From Selaginella moellendorffii (taxonomy: Eukaryota; Plantae; Lycopodiophyta): DNA of 64,000 bases. The stretch is taken from positions 744,813-808,812 of the forward strand of contig NW_003314343.1 of assembly GCF_000143415.4 (NCBI RefSeq), in the 5' to 3' direction. Below the pieces are notes generated by a model that had not been told where the DNA came from, made no database searches, and worked only from the letters and a program-made list of their open reading frames with translations. Both the position numbers and the translations under genes were made by a program. Below, one piece after another: positions 1 to 10,560 of this stretch (its first letter is position 1; the number at the start of each line of letters is the position of its first letter).

Positions 1-1040
1 CTCTAGCAAGAGTTTCCTCCTCTCGATTCGCCCGTCTAGAGGTTTCAGCATTATCAGCATGGTTCCTTTTCACCATCCCGCTAGCTGCATGCATGCCTCT
101 ATCAGTAACTGAACATGCTTACAACGTTCTTACCAAATGGTGTAATCCAACTAATCCTACACAGGTCGCTTCGGATTTACTAGAAAAGTCTCTGCATATG
201 CAACTTGAGTCAGAAAATCTGACAAAAGTTGGATAGGAATCACTGAGACAATTCCTCTGATACCAAATGTAGCGCACCTAAATTTGGAGCCAAACTCCAA
301 TCCCGTTGCACTACGAAACGAGGGTCCGGTACAATCCCATGAGCACTAGCTTCCCATATCTAGCACCTACATGCAAAATGGTGTTAGACGGAGTCTGGCA
401 CAATTTTGGCATACCGGTGGCCTAACACGAGGAGGAGGGTACCCACCAACTAGAGTAGCGTGGAGCTTGAGCTTAGACCCAAGCCGGACGCAGAACAAGG
501 AGTGACACAGCTCAGCGGGAGCCAAACTAATGTCTCAAGTGGTCAGACATACATTTCAACTACTATCCTTACTATACATTTAAACCCCCCCCCCCCCTCC
601 CCCCCTTTGAGGAACACACGCTTTGGGCTTTCACCCCAAGCCTCTCTTAGTATCAAAAGTTAGTCTCTGGGACAAGCTCGAAACTTACTAAATATGGAAT
701 GACGCTAGATTGTGAATTTAGACACGGGATGAACACCATTGTGTTAAGGTCAATCTCTACATTCCGTAGATATGCCAAATAAGCAAATCTAGACACTTTC
801 CATAAATAGCATTTGGGACCGAAATGAGACTAACACCAAGGACATGATAGCAAGGGTGTTTGGTAGACACGGTAAGGTATCATCTAGCGAATATTGAGGG
901 ATTAGTTTAAATATCGCAGGGTTCCCAACACTAGCAAGTGCAAGTCAGCATCATGAGTTTCTTGTCACCATGTCAAGTATGCTTGACTTAGTAACAACTT
1001 AGAATTTCCTTCCTTAGTGCCCTTCCGGTCTAAGTGAACA
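1..1040 (-). mobile_element. LTR retrotransposon remnant: putative LTR 268-578, tRNA-Met PBS 255-265, polypurine tract 585-610
   Basis: ctctgatacca at 255-265 is the reverse complement of the tRNA-iMet PBS TGGTATCAGAG and lies 2 nt from TGTAGCGCACC at 268. A C-rich run (PPT on the minus strand) lies just beyond ...TATACA at 578. Outer limits are approximate. Confidence 0.55.
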
Positions 1041-1499
1041 TATGCTGACCAATTTCTCAACTAGCTTGGGTGGAGACCATAAAGGGTTCCAAAATTATAG
1101 TAAGGAAAGTGTGGGTGTAGTGCACATGGTTTTTACCCTTTATTATATGGTGATTTACCATAGGATAACAAAACCCTCCATGTGCCACGTGTCAGTGCCA
1201 CGTGTCATATGCCCGAGGTTCAGGGCCTTGGGCCACTAAACGAAACAACAATGCCAAACTCCCAAGCCTGAAACCAAAGAGTGACAGAACCGTACCACTG
1301 AGCAACTCTCGAACATACAACCCAATGAGCAAAAGGACAGGAGCCCAGAGCAGAGTGTGGACCCAAAAGATTCATTTGTGTGGACATAGGAATGCATGAA
1401 GGGCGATCAGGTGTTCCTTCCACCTGCAGGGTCTGGAAACTCCAAGCACTTCTTCTTCCAGATTTCCAATCCAGATCTTGTGGTGGACAACAATGGTAT

Positions 1500-1700
1500 C
1501 ATCTTATGCCCAGGCATCCGAGTGCTGGTGGCATACGCGGAAAATGGGCATGTTGAGGAAGCCAAGTTTGTGTTGAATTGTTTGCCAGAGACACTTGCAG
1601 AACTGGTATATGAGACAAGTCTGGCTCATCTCTTGTGGTCTATGTTAAGCGCTTACGTTAAACATGCAAATCTTAGTGTCAGTGTATGACTCAATGCCAA
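1500..1700 (+). pseudogene. PPR gene fragment
   Basis: The ORF contains VAYAENGHVEEAKFVLNCLPE and LWSMLSAYVK, which are PPR-motif-like. There is no full-length ORF. Confidence 0.35.
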
Positions 1701-2250
1701 AGAGAGATCTTGATGGATATACGTTGGAACACCTTGCTTGATGGATATACAATGACCAGGTATTTACACAAACCTAAGATTTTGTTTGACTCACTGCCAC
1801 AGAAACTTGATCTCAATCCAGGAACCTTGGAGATGTTTTATGACCATGCTTGAAAGAGACACTGTCGTGGTGCTTGCTGCATATAAATTTGGATGAATCC
1901 AAGCTTGACAACTTGGAACACAAGCCTCTCGGCTTTTGAACCGCCTCAGATGCCAACGGTAATGCTGTCAGTGTGTGAGAGAAATCTCCTAGCTTTGACC
2001 ATAACTTGTTCTCGGGGGCAGTTGAGAAGTCCAAGCTCAGGCCCTGAACGAGTCGATGTTGGGTAGGTTGAGAGGCAAAACTGTACCTCTAACAAGAAGA
2101 TATTTCTGCCAGAGGGTTGCAGTGGCCCCAACACTCAACCGGTTAAGCTTGGCCTGCCTGACCAGCTATTAGCGACCACGCTTCATGTTTTTTGTTACAA
2201 AAGTTAAGCTTATCTTGTCTCTCAACCTAGTTTAGGGTTCAAGAAAGATT

Positions 2251-3222
2251 ATGTTTATCATCTCTTTTCTATTGCTCATTGTCTTCGCACTTTTGCTAAT
2301 TGGATGGGCAATCTTCCAGCTGAAAAAGAAGAAGGAACTTCGGGTTTTGATTGTGGGTGCAAGTGGTTTCCTTGGTAGCCAACTTGCTTTGGGATTGGCA
2401 GCACACAATCATCGCAACCTCCGATTTGTGGTGACAGGTTTGGATTTGGTGCGTTCAGAGAGGACTCTTCTTCTGGAGAACAAGGGCATTGAAGTGGTTA
2501 TTGGAAGTGCAACAGATCCAAAGCTGGCCATGTCAGTGACGAAAAGAAAAAAGCCAAACATTGTGGTGGATTTTACACAACAGGAGCATAGCTGGAATTT
2601 AGAGGACAATGAAAGAACTATAAAGTCATTAATTGATGCGGCATGCAGTATTCCATCAACCCAAGGTTTCTTTTTTGCAAGCCCTAATCGGTTCTACATA
2701 CCATCAAGCCGGTCTGGGGAAAAGCTGGTGGAATCTTTGGCACCAGAGCTACCATTTCCAATTGTGGAGTGGAGGTTTAGTACAGTTTATGGGAGATACG
2801 GTCGTCCTGACTTTCCATACTATAAATTTGTTGATCAGATTGTGCATGGAGCATTGGTTCCACTCTGGAAGCAACGGAAAGGGCGACAAAATTATATATA
2901 CATTAATGATGCAGTGACTGTGATGATCAATAGTATCTTATCAACTCACAGCATTGGAAAGGTGAATCTTTTTGACATTGGGACACCATGGCGGCCTATC
3001 CCTTTTCGACGAGTGATTCAAGTTATTGCAAGGCTTACCAACAAGGAAGCTAAGGTTGAAGAAGCAATGAATTTTAATCCGCCACCCTGGGAGGTACCTT
3101 ATGAACCTCCAACAAAGCTCTTGCTCCTTAAATCGTATACTCCATTTGAGACTGGTATGAGCTCATTCATAGAATGGTTCCAGCAAAATAAGATGGTTGT
3201 AGGTGTGAAGGGTGTTGTCTAG
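2251..3222 (+). CDS. Type II membrane-anchored extended SDR, UDP-glucuronate 4-epimerase (GAE)-like, divergent active site
   Basis: Single-exon 323-aa ORF with an N-terminal hydrophobic anchor followed by KKKK. It has the Rossmann motif VLIVGASGFLG. RFSTVYGRYGRPDFPYYKF resembles the GAE motif RFFTVYGPWGRPDMAY. Confidence 0.8.
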   Translation: MFIISFLLLIVFALLLIGWAIFQLKKKKELRVLIVGASGFLGSQLALGLAAHNHRNLRFVVTGLDLVRSERTLLLENKGIEVVIGSATDPKLAMSVTKRKKPNIVVDFTQQEHSWNLEDNERTIKSLIDAACSIPSTQGFFFASPNRFYIPSSRSGEKLVESLAPELPFPIVEWRFSTVYGRYGRPDFPYYKFVDQIVHGALVPLWKQRKGRQNYIYINDAVTVMINSILSTHSIGKVNLFDIGTPWRPIPFRRVIQVIARLTNKEAKVEEAMNFNPPPWEVPYEPPTKLLLLKSYTPFETGMSSFIEWFQQNKMVVGVKGVV

Positions 3223-3331
3223 AAATTCTGACACTTTTTTCGTAAATAAAATTGACAGGGAAAAAAAACAAGAGTGGTCTAGAAATTCTGACACTTTTTT
3301 CGTAAATAAATTCACAGGGAAAAAACAAGAG
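3217..3331. repeat. ~60-bp tandem duplication spanning the epimerase stop codon and 3' UTR
   Basis: gtctagaaattctgacacttttttcgtaaataaa...cagggaaaaa..caagag occurs at 3217 and again at 3277. Confidence 0.9.
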
Positions 3332-4447
3332 AGATAAAGCTATAGCTACTCACAAAGATTTTTCTTCTTAGCCATTTCCTCTCTCTTCTTCTTCCAGGTT
3401 GAGGCAAAGGCTCAATCGCTAACATTACAAACTGCACGAATGCCCCTGCTAGATTGTTGTGTGCTGCTCATTTGCATCTACAGCTTGTTGGAGCCGAAAT
3501 AGCATGTGGTTCTTTTCTTGGTTTCTTCTCTCAAACATCCTGTTTATTCCAGCAAACACTTGTTCTTTTTCTTCAATCGAGATGTGCCTTGGCAGAGGAG
3601 TTCTTCTGCGAGTGGCTTGAGATAGCAGCTCATCTGTTCCTATTGAATCATGGTTACAGCTTGCGAAGAACAAACCTTGCGATAGAACACTCCATGCCAC
3701 ATCAATCAATTGTCCTCTAAAGTTATTCTTTAGTGTTTGCTTCAAATATTAAGAAATGGATTATTAGCATTAAGCCTTGATTCCAATGATTGAAAAATAT
3801 CCTAGAATATTTTTAATATATTACAAGTTTAGGCTTAAAAACTTTGTAATACACCTCACTTAAAACCTTTAGAACTTCTATGCTCAAGATCACTGTGTTT
3901 CCATAGCTGATCATAAACCATTGCAAGATGCCCTTTTAAACTAGCCAAGCACTCAATGAAAACCAAACACTCAAGGGACTTGCAAACACATTTATATTGA
4001 CTACTGAAAGCTTTATTCCCATAGCTAATCATAAGCTTAAGAGATTCTTCACTATAACACTCTCTCCTCTCTAAGGGAGGTGTAAACTTCTTCTTAAGAG
4101 CCAATACACATGGTCAAAGGGTGAGTCCTGGTTTATCCCTGAATTTCAAACTCTTGCCTTCAAGCCCAAGATTCCCTAATTGATTCCTAATGTTCTGGCC
4201 TATAAATCATGTTGTAGTTTTGCATTAAGCCACAGCCCTTAAGGCTTAGATTAAACCCAAGAATGGCACCAAGTTTTTCGTTGATTGTTAAAGCATATTT
4301 TCTTTTGATCTTCCATACTCTTTTTTTATCTTGTTCATCCCAGCTTCTTGGAGCTATGGAATACATTGAATTTATCCTCAGAGCTCTTCACAATTGAAGT
4401 GTGAAATCACACAGCTTGCGCAACATCAATACTTCTAACTTAATTTC

Positions 4448-5542
4448 TTATGTGAAAAAAACGAGAAGCGTAAGAATCATAAGCAGGATGACTAGAGCAG
4501 CAATCAAGCACAGCTGACCTTTCAGTCCGGCCTTTTTCAGTACGTGCGCAAGTCGTTTCTACAGACACAGTGGGGGTTTAGACTCGCTAGTGTTTTGTAA
4601 AGACATTTACCTGAGCTAACTCCATTCTATTTGCTGTCCCGTCCATGTCTTTGTCAAGATCGCTCACAATCTTTTCCTGGTACAAAGAGAAAGGATGTTC
4701 ATGAGGAGCCGAGAAAAGATCCATTACCTGGCTTGAGAGTTCCTCGTGAATGGTCAGTCCCACGTCGCCAATTCTCACAACGCTAGCACTGATCTCGTCC
4801 AGATCTTCATCTTGATCTCTGCAGACAAACAAAGAAAACTTCCAATCAAGAAAGAGCTTTCGGCCAGTGGAAACTCACTTGAGAATTAACGCCTGACGCT
4901 CACTCTCCAGGGAAAGGAAATCATCGTTGCCTTCCATCAAACTCCGGTTGGCCTTCGGACCAGGACGATCATCTTCCATTCTCATGAGCTCTCGTCGTGT
5001 GGAACTGGCATTGCTTGTTCTTCCGTCATGCAAAGCTTTCCTGATAGTATCAATCTGGAAGGAACAAAAAACCACATTGTCTTCTAGGAAGAAGAACACG
5101 AAAGAAAAAAAATACCGTGTCATGTGTAGCAGTGGACCATTTCCTTCGTCGTCCAATCTCGGCAGCATCGATCCCAAACCGCGATGGATCCCGCTCGGCC
5201 ACGGCGATGGCCTTATCCAGCTCGTTCACCTTGACAATCCAAAACAGTGCTCCTCAGCTCAGACAAAGATCTGCATAGCCAAAGCTCGATAGTCTCGAAT
5301 CTCAAATTGCTCCTACAGTACCTGCCATTCCACGCTCTCGATGCCCGCAAGAAGATCTCGCTTCAGCGACGCCCGCTCGCTCGCCCCCGTGCTCTGCTTC
5401 TCCCATGTCTCGAAATTGCCCTCCACTTTCTTCACCTGTGGAAATTCGAGGCGAGCGAGCGAGATTGAGTGGCCGATTCGAGGAGACTCACCGATTCATC
5501 GATCTCCTCCTTCACCAGGTAGAATGGATCTGCTGCCGACAT
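4448..5542 (-). CDS. SYP61: Syntaxin-6-like Qc-SNARE (SYP61), multi-exon
   Basis: Starts MSAADPFYLVKEEIDES. SNARE motif DQDEDLDEISASVVRIGDVGLTIHEEL. C-terminal TM segment ending ...LLVFFT*. GT-AG introns separate the ORF fragments. Confidence 0.9.
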
Positions 5543-5626
5543 GACCCCGCTTCTCCTCCAAAGCCCTAAATCTAGTTTGTAACGAATATGCTATTTAAAC
5601 TCTAGGGTTCTTCCGCCCCTAGATTG

Positions 5627-7099
5627 TCAAACCAGCAGTGACTTGATTCTCGCGACAAATGCCTCGAGATTCTTCTGAGAGCTTCCACCCTGAGCAACAG
5701 CTCTCCTCGCCTTGGCTTGGAGCTCCTTGGCTCGGCTCTTCATCCCTTCCGCCCGAGGACTCTCCATGATTTCCCTCACACCTCGTTCCACCTCGTCGCG
5801 ATCCACGAATCCATCGTCGTCGCCAAGAACTTCGGCTCCAATGCCGAGGCCATCGACCAGATATCTGCAGATGGGGGGCTGATCGGCGAGGAAAGGCCAG
5901 CCGATCACCGGCACTCCAGCCAGAGTTATAACTTCCAGCGTCGAGTTCCAGCCGCAGTGCGTGAGAAATCCTCCCAGCGACGAGTGAGCGAGTATGAGAT
6001 GCTGCGGTGCCCAGCCGGGCAGCACGAGGCCCCGCTCCTCGGTGCGTTTTAGAAATCCCTCTGGAAGTAGAGCCTCGAGCTCCTCGATCGACTTGTTCTC
6101 CACGGGCACCACCCAGAGGAATCGCTGCTGGCTGGCCTCCAGCCCGAGAGCGAGCTCGCAGATTTGCCGTGGAGTCAAGAGCGCCCAGCTTCCAAACGAG
6201 ACGTAGAGCACAGACTCCACAGGCTGCTCGTCGAGCCAGCTCTGGCACCTTTCTTCCTCGGAGCTCCTCAACACCGAGGATTCCTTGGTGGCGTTCAGTG
6301 CGTCTGGAGTGAAGTACTTCGATGGGAAGAGCGGGCCGATTGGAAGAAGCTCGTGGTGCTTGATCTCCTCGAAACTCTCAGCGAGTGCCTTGAAGATCTC
6401 GGGCTCCAGTTCCGTGAAGCTGTTGAAGAGGATTCCATCCGAGGAGAAGATGTGCTCGTTGAATCCCATATGAATGGGATACAAGCAGTGAGAATCATCG
6501 GTGATGGCGTCGTGGACGTCTCTCCGATACAAGGGAAGCAATCCTTCCACCTTCATGGTCTCGAATCCCGGAAATTTGACTGGGAGGAGTTTCTTCCTGT
6601 AGAGAGATCTCGCGTGGATCGTGAGAGCGAAGAAGCTGGGTCCGGCCGTGTAGAGGATGAATCTGGGGAGACCACTCTTCACTAGCGGTTCCTCGCTCCA
6701 GTTGAGAAGCAAGTCGACGATCACGCAGCAAGGGGGCGACGAACTCACCTTAAGTTCCTCGAGCAGGGCCGCGAGAGCGATCTTCTGCAGCGAGAAGTCA
6801 CTGGGCCACTCATACCCGCTTCGAACCGCAACGCGAAGTCCCTCCATCATACAGCCCTGTTGATCTTGCTGCTCTTGGCCGTGATCTTGGAGTGGAAGCT
6901 TGGTTAGAGTGATGGGCAGCCCTTGGAAATCCGTGGAAGCCACCAGCGAGAAAGAGGCCGCGTCTGGAAGCACCAGAGTGATGGATAATCCCATGGAAGC
7001 TAGCTTCTTAGCGAGCGTCATGGCTGGACTAATGTGGCCTTTGCCGCGAGAGGTAAGGAGAAGGACATGGCGACCGGAAATTTTCCCCGAATTCTCCAT
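5627..7099 (-). CDS. Family 1 UDP-glycosyltransferase (copy A)
   Basis: 490 aa, intronless. N-terminal catalytic His (GKGHISP). PSPG box WAPQHLILAHSSLGGFLTHCGWNSTLE...WPFLADQ. Confidence 0.95.
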   Translation of the reverse strand: MENSGKISGRHVLLLTSRGKGHISPAMTLAKKLASMGLSITLVLPDAASFSLVASTDFQGLPITLTKLPLQDHGQEQQDQQGCMMEGLRVAVRSGYEWPSDFSLQKIALAALLEELKVSSSPPCCVIVDLLLNWSEEPLVKSGLPRFILYTAGPSFFALTIHARSLYRKKLLPVKFPGFETMKVEGLLPLYRRDVHDAITDDSHCLYPIHMGFNEHIFSSDGILFNSFTELEPEIFKALAESFEEIKHHELLPIGPLFPSKYFTPDALNATKESSVLRSSEEERCQSWLDEQPVESVLYVSFGSWALLTPRQICELALGLEASQQRFLWVVPVENKSIEELEALLPEGFLKRTEERGLVLPGWAPQHLILAHSSLGGFLTHCGWNSTLEVITLAGVPVIGWPFLADQPPICRYLVDGLGIGAEVLGDDDGFVDRDEVERGVREIMESPRAEGMKSRAKELQAKARRAVAQGGSSQKNLEAFVARIKSLLV

Positions 7100-7268
7100 A
7101 GCTGTGCCTCTCTCTCACTGAAGATGGACAAATAGAAGCCACAGGAATCAATGCTTAATTAAGTTTTCTCTCGGGCTTTGAGCAAATAGGAAGAAACCAG
7201 CAAATCGGAAGAAACAATACGGCATCCATTGTCGCCAAATCTGATTCAAACACGCCCTCTCTCCAATG

Positions 7269-10181
7269 CAGTGTGTAACAAAGTCTGAGGCTCCTTTGTA
7301 CCCCGCCGGTACCATTTCAGAATTGCCAGTACAAAACAAAGTTACAAGGATATATGACCGGTGCAAAAAATCTCATATAAGGCTAACGTTAGGATGTTAT
7401 AAGGAATCCTGCCGGTACATTCACCTACCTTTTGAGGATTAGGGTTTCATGGTTAATTATGTTTAATTAATTCTAATTAACAAGATTAAATAAATAATCA
7501 TCAATCTTAGTTAACACTAACTAAACATAGTTACACTAAGTAAACCATGTCATTAATCTAAGGTTAGAATATTCTTTCACAATGTTCACATGGGCTCTAA
7601 GGTTAGAATATTCTTTCACAATGTTCACGTGGGCGTGGGCATGGGCGTGAACATAGATTTTGGTGGGGAGATCATCTGGGAAATGGGAAGGGTGCCTGCA
7701 GGTAGGAGCAAGGCTGCTGCAAAAGCCATTGCTCAATCAAAGCAATCTTTGTTAAGTTTTGCCCCCATTGTGGAGAGAAGAGGTTTTGTAGATGAGGACA
7801 ACCTAGAAGGGACTGAGCCTGAGGAGGGATGTGAAGTGGGAGAAGGTGATGCTGCATCAGTAGAGGAGAAGGAGAAGAAAATTCGTAGGGGGAAGTGGCA
7901 ACCTGCATGGGTCATAAAATGGCGGTGGTTGCATTTTGATCAGAAAAATGGTAATAATTTTCTTGATTTTTCATCTAATCCTACTTGCATTACAGCACTG
8001 ATCTTTTGCTCAATATGCCGTGCCAACAAGAATTGCAAGAATCCATTTGGTACATCAAGTTCCACCAACATGAAGACTTCAAGTTTCCATGCTCATGGGC
8101 AAACAAAAGATCACAAGCATTCCATTTACATAGCTGAGGTGAAAGCTGGCGGTCAATCCTCCATGGCAACTGCAAATGATCGGCAACAAGAGGCAGCAGA
8201 GAAGGGAGTTATTTGCTTGTTTAGGACTGCTTATGCTATTGCACAAGGTTTTGTTCCTCTTCGCAAATACCCATTGCTTCTGGAGCTACAACAGTTGAAC
8301 GGAGTTTATGTTCCTAGCATATACAAGAACGTGATGGCCTGCTCACGCTTCATCACTTTCATCAACAAGGTGAGCTAAAGTCTGATGATAAACCTTGACT
8401 GAATTTTGTTGTGTAGGTGCTCTTAGATCAAATTTTGGAGAAAGTTAAAGCTAGCCCATTCTTTGGAATAATGCTAGATGAGAGCACGGATATAAGGTAA
8501 AGCTGATTAGTGATATTCTTGGTTCTAAATTTGTTAATGCAGTACCAGTAAACACCTCATCTTTTACGTGACCTACATCCACGACGCAAGGGTGTTGACA
8601 AGCTATTTAGGCTTGTCAATGGTGAACAATAGTTCTGCAGAGGTGATTTTTAACACCACCATAGCTTCACTGCAGGATTGGGGGCTGGATATGAGCAGGT
8701 TTGTGGGGTTTGGTTCAGACGGCTGCAATGTTATGACAGGAAACAGGATAGGGGTTGCAGCAAGGTTGAAGGAGGTCAATCCATTCATGACCTCCACACA
8801 TTGTCTTTCACACAGAGCTAACTTATGTGTGGAGGATGTCTACAAGAATCCAGCAGTTCATAATCTTTGCGATGAAGTGGATCAGGTGGTGAACAAGGTA
8901 GCCAGTTTTTTCTCAAGGAGTTCTAGCAGGTTGCAGCAGCTACAGGCACTACAGGACGAGCTAGACTTCAAGGTGCTGAAGGTGTTGCGGATCCAGCAGA
9001 CACGTTGGTTGAGCAGGGGTGGAGCCATTACCAGGATGTGTGAGTGTCTGGAACCACTATTCAAGTTTTTTAAGGATGGGAGAACAACTCAAACAAGGAA
9101 GCTGTATGACCATCTCAGGAGTTTCAAGTTCCTTTATGCACTCCACTTTCTAGGAGATATCTTGGCAGTGGTAAATCAGCTGAACCTGGAGTTTCAAGCA
9201 CAGACTATGGACGTGACTAGTGTTGCACCTTTATGCAAGGCAACCATGGCCAAGATACAGGTATACTATTTGGATAAGCAGGTGGATTTGAATGGTTTTC
9301 AGTTGGATAGCAGAGGATATCCTATAATCCCAGATGGTGGACGCCGCAATGGTCCTTTGGATGAGCTCAGGTCATCAGTTAAGGGAAACGAATACAGAGA
9401 CGTGGAAATGATCAGGTCGATTCACGGAGAAGATTTGGAGGAGGTACTAGAGTTTCAAAAGAACTTTGGCACTAGTCTTTTGGAGGGTATAAGGACCAGG
9501 TTATAGGACTCTGAGGCGACTGGTATTCTCTCCAAGTTCCACTTTTTAGCTCCTATCAACTTACCTTCATCAGTGCGTGAGTTGAAAGCTTTTGGTAAGT
9601 TTGAGGTTCAGGAACTTGGAAAGTTCTACACAGGGATGATCAATGAAGCAGAGCTAGTTGAAGAGTACAGTTTATGGAAGATAATAGCTTCCGAGGAGTG
9701 GAAGGGGAAAACTTTCGTGGATGTTTGGGGAATGATTTATGCTCACAGTATCTGGACGAAGAAGTATCCCAACTTGCTGAAGTTGGCAATGGTCGGCATG
9801 GTTCAATGCTGCAACACTGCATCATGTGAGCGTGGGTTTAGTAGAATCAACTTGGTGAAGAATAAGTTTCGAAACCAGATGGGGACGGAGATGGTTGACG
9901 AGCTTGTGAGGATCTCCATTGAGGGTCCACCAATAGCTGAGTTTGATTTCGAAACAGTGGTGCAAGCATGGAAGGAAGGTGCAGCTTATAGGCATATTTA
10001 TACAAGCTAAAGTGACGGTTTGTAGATGTTTAACTTCCTTATAATTTTCATATATTAAGGAATTTATCCGAATGAGATTTCCTCTTTTAAGGATTATGCC
10101 GGTACAAAAAAAATATATCCTATTCATTTTAAGTATTCAAGGATTTTTTCCAGTACACTAAAAATACTTTGTTACACACTG
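7269..10181 (+). mobile_element. Full-length hAT DNA transposon (2,913 bp)
   Basis: Perfect 16-bp TIRs CAGTGTGTAACAAAGT (7269-7284) and ACTTTGTTACACACTG (10166-10181). Perfect 8-bp TSD CTCCAATG (7261-7268 and 10182-10189). Subterminal (g)ccggtac/ccagtac repeats and an internal transposase. Confidence 0.95.
7683..10010 (+). pseudogene. hAT transposase (ZNF862-like), 3 exons, single in-frame nonsense codon at 9504-9506
   Basis: Exons 7683-8369, 8417-8496 and 8543-10010 splice in frame (a possible extra small intron near 7950 is not resolved). Zn-finger CSIC...H..H. Catalytic LDESTD / GSDG / CERGFS and the CxxH motif HCLSH are present. TAG interrupts ...IRTRL*DSEA... and the same frame continues into the dimerisation domain. 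Confidence 0.85.
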
Positions 10182-10560
10182 CTCCAATGGCTTTCTCGTA
10201 CACTTCCAGTATCGTGAGAAGCACTCTTCTCGGCAGTGCCAGAAACGGGCGGAGCATGTCGACTGCGGAGGATCACCCCTGGCCAAGCGTGGCAAAGTTT
10301 CTCGAGAGTTTTGCTTGCAGCACACAGCGGCATTTGACGCCATCATCTCGGGGTGTTCGTCCACCACGACTCAGCCAACTAGGGAGCTACTCGGTGCTCA
10401 ATGGATCCATCACGGGTGGTGGCGTTGACGTGCTAGACTTCTTGAGCTCTCTTCCCAGCAAGAAGATCATGGAGCTGAGAAGCAGCGTGGTTTCCAGGTT
10501 GATATATCGAATGCCTGGTGGAGAGGAGTGAATGCTTTCGACGTGAGTTTGAGGGTAGGA
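10182..10560 (+). pseudogene. GT47 (exostosin; MUR3/xyloglucan galactosyltransferase-like) C-terminal fragment, interrupted by the hAT
   Basis: Frameshifted pieces AFDAIISGC, VDVLDFLSSLPSKKIMELRSSVVSRLIY and NAFDVSL match the GT47 C-terminus. The sequence appears to continue across the TSD into ~7200-7268. Confidence 0.6.

Noticed and set aside
3449-4104. 98-aa and 82-aa minus-strand ORFs between the epimerase and SYP61
   Set aside because: Non-ATG starts and no recognisable motifs; probably decayed repeat or intergenic DNA.
5619-7121. Numerous alternative-frame and antisense ORFs over the UGT (likewise over the PPR, PAF and NET genes)
   Set aside because: Expected by-products of GC-rich codon usage. 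Their recurrence in UGT copy B only reflects the duplication.
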